A stretch of 64,000 nt of DNA from Candidatus Melainabacteria bacterium RIFOXYA2_FULL_32_9 (GTDB taxonomy: Bacteria; Cyanobacteriota; Vampirovibrionia; Gastranaerophilales; UBA9579), in the NCBI GenBank assembly GCA_001784615.1, contig MFRQ01000025.1, positions 7,568 through 71,567 of the forward strand, given 5' to 3'. The translations under genes and the position numbers were made by a program. The stretch's first letter is position 1, and each line of letters opens with the position of its first letter. The notes under the pieces are model-generated. The model was not told the DNA's origin. It saw only the letters and a program-made list of their open reading frames with translations, and searched no databases. Below are positions 1 through 8,173 of this stretch, piece after piece.

Positions 1-1
1 C

Positions 2-1057
2 CCTCATCTTATTGACTATACAGAAAGAATAAAGATAAATGGGCAGGATATTCTACAAAAAGATTTTGCCCGACTGGTTTTTAGAATAGTTAATCTGGCT
101 AATTTACATGATATCCATGTGACTGAGTTTGAAATTCTAACTGTACTTGCTTTTCTCTATTTTAATGAACATAAAGTTGATTTTGTAGTTCTTGAAACAG
201 GCCTTGGAGGCAGATTAGATGCGACTAATATAGTTAAGAAACCTCTAATATCAGTAATAACATCAATAGATATTGATCATGTTGATAGACTTGGAAATAC
301 TATAGAGCAAATTGCATATGAAAAAGCCGGTATTATTAAAAATAATGTGCCTGTTATTACGCTAAAAAATAATAATGGAATTAATATATTTGCTAATATA
401 TCAGAAGAAAATCGGAGCCAGCTGGTTTTAGTAGATCCTTCAATCTATAAGCAGGAAAACAGTAAGATAATATTAGAGAATGATACATATAATTTGCCTT
501 TATTAGGACTCTGGCAGATAAAAAATCTATCCTTAGTTCTAAAAACAGTAGAAGTTTTGAATAATCAAGGTTTTTTAATACCATCAGAGAAAGTGAAATC
601 AGGACTGGAGAAAGTTAGTTGGCCAGGTAGATTACAATATATCAAAGAAAAAAATCTTGTTTTAGATGGTGCACATAATTTATCAGGAGCTAAATCCCTC
701 CGAGAGAGTTTAGACTATTATTTTCCTGATAAAAAAATAATATGGATTTATTCATCATTAAATACTAAGGATTATAAATCAATAATAGAGGTTTTATTTA
801 ACCCTCAAGATATAGTTATATTTACAAAATCCAGGTCGCAAAATGCTGTTGATCCCAATATTCTCAAAGAAAGCTATATGTTAACAAACTTTACGAAAAA
901 AGTTTATTCAATTAGTTCTTTAGAAAAATCTATAAGTTTAGCTTATTTATTTGCACAAAATGATTGTGATTCAACCTCTTATTTGACTATAATATCTGGT
1001 TCTTTCTACATAGTAGGTGAAACTTTAAATATATTAAAAAATAATTGGCAATTTTAG
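2..1057 (+). CDS. folC: Folylpolyglutamate synthase/dihydrofolate synthase, 5'-truncated by window edge
   Basis: Frame is open from nt 2 (PHLIDYTERIKINGQDI...) upstream of the listed ORF at 119. Mur-ligase-family C-terminal half with the LVLDGAHN motif typical of FolC. Confidence 0.8.
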   Translation, partial: PHLIDYTERIKINGQDILQKDFARLVFRIVNLANLHDIHVTEFEILTVLAFLYFNEHKVDFVVLETGLGGRLDATNIVKKPLISVITSIDIDHVDRLGNTIEQIAYEKAGIIKNNVPVITLKNNNGINIFANISEENRSQLVLVDPSIYKQENSKIILENDTYNLPLLGLWQIKNLSLVLKTVEVLNNQGFLIPSEKVKSGLEKVSWPGRLQYIKEKNLVLDGAHNLSGAKSLRESLDYYFPDKKIIWIYSSLNTKDYKSIIEVLFNPQDIVIFTKSRSQNAVDPNILKESYMLTNFTKKVYSISSLEKSISLAYLFAQNDCDSTSYLTIISGSFYIVGETLNILKNNWQF

Positions 1058-1245
1058 TATAATTTTTGTTTTTATATTCTTATAAATGGACACTTGGTTT
1101 TATTATAAATATCCATGTGGGTAATTTTTTGAAAGTCATATATCTATTTTACTAATATAGTAATAGACTTTTGAATCTCAAATCAGGTAATAAATTATAC
1201 AAGTATAAAATCTGTGGCTTTACGTTTGTTATATAGGAGTAGGTT

Positions 1246-1923
1246 ATGATAAGTACAAAAGTTAAAGAAGTAAAAATTGTCATTGTTGAGGATTACAAAC
1301 TAACTAGAGTTGGTTTAAGATCTTCTCTTAATGAGTATGAAGGTGTAATTGTAGTAGGTGAGGCAGAGGATGCAGAAAAGGGTTTAAAAGTTATTAAGGA
1401 ATTGAAACCTGATGTTGTACTTATGGACCTTGGATTACCAGAAATAAACGGAATAGAAGCTACTCAACAAATAAAAACATTTGATGAAAATATAAAAGTT
1501 ATCATTTTAACTTCTCATGATAGAGATGAAGAAGTGCTTGCAGCTTTAGGTTCTGGTGCTAATGCTTATTGCTTAAAAGATATAGAACCACATACACTTG
1601 TGAATGTTATTAAGACTGTTAGTCAAGGCGCCGCATGGTTAGATCCTTCTATTGCAAAAGTTGCTTTAAACTTATTCCCAAAACCAGAATCAACAAAAGT
1701 TTTATATTCGAATGAAGCTCCTGATGCAAGAGCTCAATTAACAGAAAGAGAACTTGAAGTACTCAAACTGCTTGTTAAAGGAAAGAGTAATACAGAAATT
1801 GCAAAAGAGCTTATTGTAAGTGTTCATACGGCAAAAGCCCATGTATGCAGTATTTTACAAAAGCTATGCGTAGATGATAGAGTTCAAGCAGCTGTTAAAG
1901 CAATTAGAGAGAATATTATTTAG
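1246..1923 (+). CDS. Two-component response regulator, NarL/FixJ (LuxR-type HTH) family
   Basis: Receiver domain (IVEDY..., DVVLMDLGLPEINGIE, phospho-acceptor Asp context) plus C-terminal LTERELEVLKLLVKGKSNTEIAKEL...SVHTAKAHV LuxR HTH. SD-like GGAG upstream. Confidence 0.9.
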   Translation: MISTKVKEVKIVIVEDYKLTRVGLRSSLNEYEGVIVVGEAEDAEKGLKVIKELKPDVVLMDLGLPEINGIEATQQIKTFDENIKVIILTSHDRDEEVLAALGSGANAYCLKDIEPHTLVNVIKTVSQGAAWLDPSIAKVALNLFPKPESTKVLYSNEAPDARAQLTERELEVLKLLVKGKSNTEIAKELIVSVHTAKAHVCSILQKLCVDDRVQAAVKAIRENII

Positions 1924-1948
1924 CCAAAATTTGCATAAATATAAGATT

Positions 1949-1980
1949 ATAGCAGCTTAAATAAGTCTTTAAGCTGCTAT
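1949..1980. terminator. Hairpin between convergent genes (possible bidirectional terminator)
   Basis: atagcagcttaaa / tttaagctgctat, 13-bp inverted repeat with a 6-nt loop. The flanking U-tract is weak. Confidence 0.4.
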
Positions 1981-2054
1981 ATTGCTATTTAATGCTGGAT
2001 CACGATCAAAATATAAATTATGTGTATTCTGGATAATATTTTTTAAATGGGAAA

Positions 2055-3008
2055 TTAAAAATTAATTCTCTCTTTTTCAATAACTAAAGGTCTTTTTAGG
2101 CTTCTGGTGTGTATTGAACCTATATATTCTCCAATTATTCCGATAAAAAATAATTGTACGGATGAAAAGAAGAATAATCCTATAACGAGAGGTGCCATCC
2201 CTACATTAAAGTTATACCAGAATACCAATTTATATATAAAATAAGTTAAAGCTACCAGTAAACTCAAAATAGACAAACCAAAACCAAGAAAAGTAGCTAT
2301 CCTTAAAGGAACTCTTGAGTGGCTTGTTATTCCAAGCATTGCCATATCATATAGGGTATAAAAATTATTCTTGGTAATACCTTTTTTTCTTTCCGGTTGC
2401 ACAAACTCTATAATGGCTTTTTCAAAACCTATATCGCAGATAAGTCCTCTAAAATATGGATATGGATCATCAATATTCTTTAATATATCAATTATAATCC
2501 TGTCGTACAGACCAAATCCTGTAAAATTCTTTACTAAGCCGACATCTTTATCTGATAAATTGTTTATCAGGTCATAATATATTTTTCTTATAAAGAAAAT
2601 AGGGCCTGGTTCTTTGCTTTCAGTCTTGACTGCAAGAACAAGTTTGTATCCTTCTTCCCATTTTTTAATAAAATCTCTAATAAGATCGGGGGGATCCTGA
2701 AAATCAGCTGCAAGAGATATCACAGCATCCCCTTTTGTTTGGAGTAATGCATAGTATGGAGAGCGAATATGTCCGAAATTTCTAGCATTAATTATTACTT
2801 TTATATTTTTATCTTCTTCGGCTATTTTTCTTAATATGTCTACAGTTTTATCTTTCGAACAATTATCAATGAAAATATGTTCGTATTGATAACCTTCCAG
2901 TCCATTAAAGATTTCTTTTACCTTGCTGTAGATATCTTCAACATTCTCTTCTTCGTTATAACACGGGGTCATTACGCTAATTAGCTTCATGTTAATTTTT
3001 ACCCTCAA
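2055..3008 (-). CDS. Family 2 glycosyltransferase, polyprenyl-phosphate sugar transferase-like (GtrB/ArnC/DPM1-like)
   Basis: VMTPCYNEEENV, IDNCSKD and DFQDPP GT-A motifs plus two C-terminal TM helices. An alternative start MKLISV at 2990 would abut the GtrA stop. Confidence 0.8.
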   Translation of the reverse strand: MRVKINMKLISVMTPCYNEEENVEDIYSKVKEIFNGLEGYQYEHIFIDNCSKDKTVDILRKIAEEDKNIKVIINARNFGHIRSPYYALLQTKGDAVISLAADFQDPPDLIRDFIKKWEEGYKLVLAVKTESKEPGPIFFIRKIYYDLINNLSDKDVGLVKNFTGFGLYDRIIIDILKNIDDPYPYFRGLICDIGFEKAIIEFVQPERKKGITKNNFYTLYDMAMLGITSHSRVPLRIATFLGFGLSILSLLVALTYFIYKLVFWYNFNVGMAPLVIGLFFFSSVQLFFIGIIGEYIGSIHTRSLKRPLVIEKERINF

Positions 3009-3357
3009 ACACGAATTTTTTATTTAGTACAAAGGATAGCACAGCTAGAGGCAGTATTACTATAGCACCCGCTAAAAGTAGGTCTATTTTATACATCTTA
3101 AAAATACTTAAAGAGATTATATTTAGTATGAATATAACTGTATAGACTGTTATAAACCTAAATATAAGGGTATTATTGGAGTTTCTAAATACAAGCTTTC
3201 CAACAGTTTTAAAATTAAAAAGCACGCCTAATATTGTGGAAAATAAAACCGCAGCAGAATAATGAAAACCTAGAAGTAAGAAAAGGGAATACATAGAATA
3301 TCCAAAAAAAGTATTCAAAGCACCTATAAATAAGAATTTTATGAATTTTTTATCCAT
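2992..3357 (-). CDS. GtrA-family membrane protein (putative glycan/lipid-linked sugar translocation)
   Basis: 121 aa, four hydrophobic helices, FIKFLFIGALNTFFGY N-terminus typical of GtrA-like proteins. Overlaps the neighbouring genes in an operon. Confidence 0.7.
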   Translation of the reverse strand: MDKKFIKFLFIGALNTFFGYSMYSLFLLLGFHYSAAVLFSTILGVLFNFKTVGKLVFRNSNNTLIFRFITVYTVIFILNIISLSIFKMYKIDLLLAGAIVILPLAVLSFVLNKKFVFEGKN

Positions 3358-5164
3358 TATATGCCTCAGGTATTAGCATATTACTTTTAAACTCTTCTCT
3401 ATCTAAAAAAGGGTACATATCTTCCAGAGGTTTTGATATCATCTTACCATCAGGAAGATGTTCTGAAGTAAGTTTTGGGCTAAATATATAGTCAGGAGTG
3501 AGTTTTACTTCACAAATTACTGGTCCGGGTGTGTTTAGGATTGATCGGATTTGTTCTTCCAGATTATGTTGTGTCTCAATTTTAACAGTAGACAAATTAA
3601 AAGCCTCGGCTATCTTAATAAAATCTGGCATGCTTACACCTGATTCCTTGCTACAAGCTGTTAATCTACCATCAAAAAAGTTGGTTTGAGTTTGCTTTAT
3701 TGATATATAGCCATCATTGTTTAATATAAATAATTTTATAGGCAGTTGATAATGATAAATAGTTTGAAGCTCCTGAATATTCATCATTATACTTCCATCA
3801 CCTGCAAGACATATAATATCTTTCTTGTTGTTTGCAAAACAGGCCCCAATTGCAGCAGGTAAATCATATCCCATTGATGCATTGCCTGAGTTCCAGATAA
3901 ATCTCTGATTTTTTTTGACAATACCAGCCTGAAACATAACCAGAAAAGCAGTTCCATTACCAGCAACAGTCAAAGTATCATCTTTATAGCATTTACTTAA
4001 TATCTCCATAAAGTAATAGGGGTGGACGGATTCAGTTAGTTCTTTGTACTCAGGCAGTACAACAGGATATAGCTCTTTTCTCTTTTTAGTCCATTCTATC
4101 CAGTTTTGCCAGGATGGAAGTTGGATTTTTTCTATTCTTTTTTTGAATGCTGTAAGGAAATCTCCAGCATCAGCATTTATTGCGATATCAGGTGAGATTG
4201 TAGGCTTTTTTAATTCTATCGGGTCTATATCTATTAATACTTTTTTGGCTGCTCTAGCAAAATATTCCCAGTTGTAACTAATCTGTCTGACGTTATTACG
4301 TGAACCTATTGAGATAACTAAATCAGAATTTTGTAATACAAAATTGCCTGATCTGGTAGCAACAGTTCCAATTCGTCCTGCAAATAAATTGTTATTCGAA
4401 GGAATTAGGTCAAATCCGTTAATTGTTGTCACAACAGGGATCTTTAATTTTTCTAGAACCTCAAGCAGCATTTCCTGTGCATTTGATATTCTAATTCCAT
4501 GACCTGCTATTATTACAGGCCTTTTAGAAATTTTTAGCAGTTCTATTATTTCATCAATTTTAGATTTTAATTCTGTGATATTAGTGTTAATCGCATCTTC
4601 AGACTTATCATATCTTATTAAATGGTCTTCATTAACCATAGCTGCCTGAACATCAATAGGAACATCAATCCAGACAGGACCTGGTCTGCCATGAGTTGCA
4701 ATATATATAGCTTTATCAAGCACCCTGCCTATTTCATGAGGATTTTTAACTATTTCAGCATATTTGGTAATAGGTTTAACTACATTTACTATATCGACTT
4801 CCTGATCACCAAGCTGCCGCAGGTTTAGTTCCGGGCAGGAAGATAAAGTGGTTTCATTTTTTACCTGTCCTGAAATGTATAAAACAGGAACACTGTCAGT
4901 CCATTGGCCAAATACACCATTTAAAGCATTAATTCCACCAGGGCCTGTTGTTACGCAGACTACACCCAGTTTTTGATTTACTCGGGCATATCCTTCAGCA
5001 GCCATTGCAGAAGCCTGTTCGTGATGGTTACAAATATACTGAATATCTGTACATTTACCAAAAGAATCATTGAGGTGCATTGCACCTCCCCCTGAAATCA
5101 TAAAAACATGTTTTATTCCGTACCGGGCAAGTTTGTTAACGATATAATCAGATACTTTTATCAT
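3350..5164 (-). CDS. Thiamine pyrophosphate-dependent enzyme, acetolactate synthase large subunit-like
   Basis: 604 aa. N-terminal pyrimidine-binding domain (GGGAMHL, TGPGGINALNG). C-terminal TPP motif GDGSIMMNIQEL...LNNDGY (GDG-X-NN). Confidence 0.85.
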   Translation of the reverse strand: MIKVSDYIVNKLARYGIKHVFMISGGGAMHLNDSFGKCTDIQYICNHHEQASAMAAEGYARVNQKLGVVCVTTGPGGINALNGVFGQWTDSVPVLYISGQVKNETTLSSCPELNLRQLGDQEVDIVNVVKPITKYAEIVKNPHEIGRVLDKAIYIATHGRPGPVWIDVPIDVQAAMVNEDHLIRYDKSEDAINTNITELKSKIDEIIELLKISKRPVIIAGHGIRISNAQEMLLEVLEKLKIPVVTTINGFDLIPSNNNLFAGRIGTVATRSGNFVLQNSDLVISIGSRNNVRQISYNWEYFARAAKKVLIDIDPIELKKPTISPDIAINADAGDFLTAFKKRIEKIQLPSWQNWIEWTKKRKELYPVVLPEYKELTESVHPYYFMEILSKCYKDDTLTVAGNGTAFLVMFQAGIVKKNQRFIWNSGNASMGYDLPAAIGACFANNKKDIICLAGDGSIMMNIQELQTIYHYQLPIKLFILNNDGYISIKQTQTNFFDGRLTACSKESGVSMPDFIKIAEAFNLSTVKIETQHNLEEQIRSILNTPGPVICEVKLTPDYIFSPKLTSEHLPDGKMISKPLEDMYPFLDREEFKSNMLIPEAYNG

Positions 5165-5170
5165 TGCTAT

Positions 5171-5986
5171 TTATTCTATAAGTCCTCCAGCAGCCAAAAT
5201 AGAAGATTCATAACGTGATTCAAGGATTTTTATGCGTTCTTTATCTTCATTATATATTAGTCCGTAATAATTTGCCTTGTTTTTTAGCCACATTAGTTCA
5301 AAACCTACAGCTTTTAATATGCCTTCAGATGCATTTTTATCAGTAGCTGCGGGACATTTGAAAATAACTTTTCTGGTTTCATAAAAATCCAAAAATCCTA
5401 TAGGTAGGTTTCTAAAGAATGGCAAGGAATCTCCTGAGACTCCTCCTCCGATTCCACATATTAAAAATTTTTCTTTTGCTTTCATTAAGACACTTTTAGT
5501 TATTTCAAGAATCTCAGGTTTATTTATATCATCTCTTGTAAGGCCTAAAGATTCGGACATATCTCCCCTGCCTAGAATAATGCCGTCTAACTCATTAATA
5601 GAAGCTGAGTTCAAAATATCATCCAAGTTTTTAAAAGCAGTGATAGTTTCTATATTAATTAAAAAATCAATTTCTTCACGTTCATCTGGTGAAAAAGCTA
5701 GTTTTGAGGCAGTTAAAAATTTTCTTAATGCATAAGAAGATTCAATCATAGGTGCAACTATTCTTGATACACCTATTACTCTGGCTTCATACATATCTTT
5801 TAATGCTTCACATCCGCCAATTTTAATGGTTAGGTCAAGCCCCGCTTTTGATACTACCTCTTTTAATCTTAGAGCTTCTTCAAGACGTGTACCTTCAGCT
5901 TCAAACTCGGCTTTTACTCCGATTACATGATAATTTTCCTTGAGGTTCTCAAGTACTCCAATCATTCTTTTTTCTAAGCTATTCAA
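5171..5986 (-). CDS. Putative HpcH/HpaI aldolase / citrate-lyase-beta-like TIM-barrel protein
   Basis: 271 aa. IVAPMIESSYA and DGIILGRGDMS resemble the PEP/pyruvate-binding aldolase fold. Assigned by eye only. Confidence 0.45.
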   Translation of the reverse strand: MNSLEKRMIGVLENLKENYHVIGVKAEFEAEGTRLEEALRLKEVVSKAGLDLTIKIGGCEALKDMYEARVIGVSRIVAPMIESSYALRKFLTASKLAFSPDEREEIDFLINIETITAFKNLDDILNSASINELDGIILGRGDMSESLGLTRDDINKPEILEITKSVLMKAKEKFLICGIGGGVSGDSLPFFRNLPIGFLDFYETRKVIFKCPAATDKNASEGILKAVGFELMWLKNKANYYGLIYNEDKERIKILESRYESSILAAGGLIE

Positions 5987-6083
5987 AGTTATTATCCCTT
6001 ATTGAATCCAAGATAGCATTATTTATATTTTAATTCTTATAAATTATATTATTTGTTCTCATTATATTATCATTTCATTAAAT

Positions 6084-6965
6084 TTACTTATCAATCAGTA
6101 AAAATTCTTTGTTAATTAAATGGAAATCTTTTGAATACCAGTTATACAACTTAACTATAGCTTCATCAATAGAGATAAAATTTAAACCAGGAATTTCCTC
6201 ATATAAACGATCATTGTTTCCACTATATTCTAAACCTAGATCAGGTTGTTCAACTGTTATTGGAAGATCTTTTCCAGATACCTTTATAACTTTTTCTGCG
6301 ATTTCACAAAGTTCCATAGTGTTGTCTGGTGTAACATTATAGGCTTTATATTTGCCTGTATTGAAAATAAAATGATCGAGTATTGGCATTAGATCATCTA
6401 TATAAATATAATCAAACTTTCTATTTTGTTTTATTGTTATAGGCAGATCATATAAAGTCTTACAGATGGCATTAGAGATAAATCTTATAGCATAATCTTC
6501 ATATTTACCAAATATTCCAAATATGCGAAGTTCAATCACGTTATCCATTAATTCTATTTGTTTTGCTGTAATATATTTTTGAAAACCAAGTTCATCTACA
6601 GGAATATAAGTATCCAAGTATTTTTCAGTTACTTTGGGAATAGAATATCTAGTATCGTAAGCAGCTCCTGATCCTAATATAATCATTTTCTGGTAATAGG
6701 ATGAATTTCTTAAAAGGTTAAAAAACATTCTTCCATTAGTATAAAGAATATTGCTAGGGTCTTTTGCATTACGATGACAGGGTTTGCAGGCTGAATGAAT
6801 AACTACATCTATCTTATTTTCAAGGAAGAACTTTCTAGTTTGGATATCATCGATTAAATCTAGTTCATCATGAGTTGGGGCAAGAATATTGTATTTATCT
6901 GACAAATAAGATTCACAAATATTTTTTCCTATAAAACCACTTCCACCGGTTAATAATATATTCAT
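6084..6965 (-). CDS. NAD-dependent epimerase/dehydratase family (extended SDR) protein
   Basis: N-terminal Rossmann motif ILLTGGSGFIGKN. 293 aa. Sits in the sugar-modification gene context. Confidence 0.75.
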   Translation of the reverse strand: MNILLTGGSGFIGKNICESYLSDKYNILAPTHDELDLIDDIQTRKFFLENKIDVVIHSACKPCHRNAKDPSNILYTNGRMFFNLLRNSSYYQKMIILGSGAAYDTRYSIPKVTEKYLDTYIPVDELGFQKYITAKQIELMDNVIELRIFGIFGKYEDYAIRFISNAICKTLYDLPITIKQNRKFDYIYIDDLMPILDHFIFNTGKYKAYNVTPDNTMELCEIAEKVIKVSGKDLPITVEQPDLGLEYSGNNDRLYEEIPGLNFISIDEAIVKLYNWYSKDFHLINKEFLLIDK

Positions 6966-6999
6966 AATAAGAATAGATTCCTTTTATTAATATAATAAC

Positions 7000-7977
7000 C
7001 TAAGTTAGATATTTAAGGGTTTTATCAACAAGATTTTTAGCAACTTTAAGAGCCTGATTAAATGTTTCCTGATTTTCAAAAAAGTCTTCACGAATGGTAT
7101 ATTGTCTGACAATCTTGCGTGCAAAAGATCCTATTGCTACTCCATGGATATCAAGATTACAAAGTTTTGCAAATTCGGATGATTTTGAATTAGTTCCGCC
7201 GCATATCATAATAAATACAGGTAAATTTGCATTTTGAATAATTTCTGCCATAGCAATTGCTTGTAAAGTTGTCTTATATTCATCATTTAGTCCGCTCATT
7301 GCACAACCGTCAGCCTGAATAATTGTGGAAAAGTCTTTTCTTTCGTTTAATAGATGTTTTATAAGCTCAATTAACCTGATATCTCCAAAATGAGCCCTGT
7401 TAAGACAAATACTCAGGATTCCATCAAAATTATGATTTATTTTCTGCCATTTTTCATATATTTCTTCTTCATTATTACTGGAAGCATGAAGCTCGATACA
7501 ACTAATATTATGTTTAGCAATAGGTGAGAGAATTTCTTCAAAAGATGTATTTTTAGAATAAAAAGAAATAGCAGTAGTTAAGCAGGTTGATTTACAATTA
7601 CCACATCCAATACAACGTTTCTCGTTAATTAGATATTCATTGTTCTTAAGAATAATGGCTTTTTGTGGACAAATTTCTATACAATTACCACAGGAAACGC
7701 ATTTTAATTTATCAATAACTGCTTTATTAAAGTGTGGATCATCTTTTGCTCCAATACTTACACATAAGTGGTAATTTTTGAGTTCACTTTCGGGAACAAC
7801 TCTTTTAAGTCCTCTTAATGCTGCTTCCATAACCTCTTCACTTGCTGATAAGTCAAAAAAATTAGCGCCAGCCTTTGCATAAAGAGCCACGAGTTTTTCT
7901 ACTTCTTCTATATTCTCATTTCCAGCTCCACAAATCAGCTTAAAACATTTTTTATTTTGCAATATATCTTTTAACAT
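7000..7977 (-). CDS. 4Fe-4S dicluster protein, LdpA/DUF561-like
   Basis: Two ferredoxin-type motifs, CVSCGNCIEICP and CIGCGNCKSTC, embedded in a TIM-barrel-like protein beginning KLICGAGN. Confidence 0.6.
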   Translation of the reverse strand: MLKDILQNKKCFKLICGAGNENIEEVEKLVALYAKAGANFFDLSASEEVMEAALRGLKRVVPESELKNYHLCVSIGAKDDPHFNKAVIDKLKCVSCGNCIEICPQKAIILKNNEYLINEKRCIGCGNCKSTCLTTAISFYSKNTSFEEILSPIAKHNISCIELHASSNNEEEIYEKWQKINHNFDGILSICLNRAHFGDIRLIELIKHLLNERKDFSTIIQADGCAMSGLNDEYKTTLQAIAMAEIIQNANLPVFIMICGGTNSKSSEFAKLCNLDIHGVAIGSFARKIVRQYTIREDFFENQETFNQALKVAKNLVDKTLKYLT

Positions 7978-7984
7978 AACACTT

Positions 7985-8173
7985 AATATTGATATCCTTC
8001 AGTGCTAACGCACACATATAAGTCCTCAATGGAAGAATTATTTATCTGAGAATGTGCCTATATCATTGCATATAATTAAGTTCTTGTTTGAATAATAGAT
8101 TACTTTGAAAAGTGGCTGTGTCACCAGAATGGCAAGATCATACCTAGTATTTAGACCAGTCATTTTGACTCAG
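7985..8173. repeat. Intergenic segment sharing sequence modules with the MITE-like element at 54221-54413
   Basis: The reverse complement contains gtgacacagccactttt, acttaattat and tgtgcgttagcac, in the same order as 54300-54364. No terminal inverted repeats are seen here. Confidence 0.45.
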
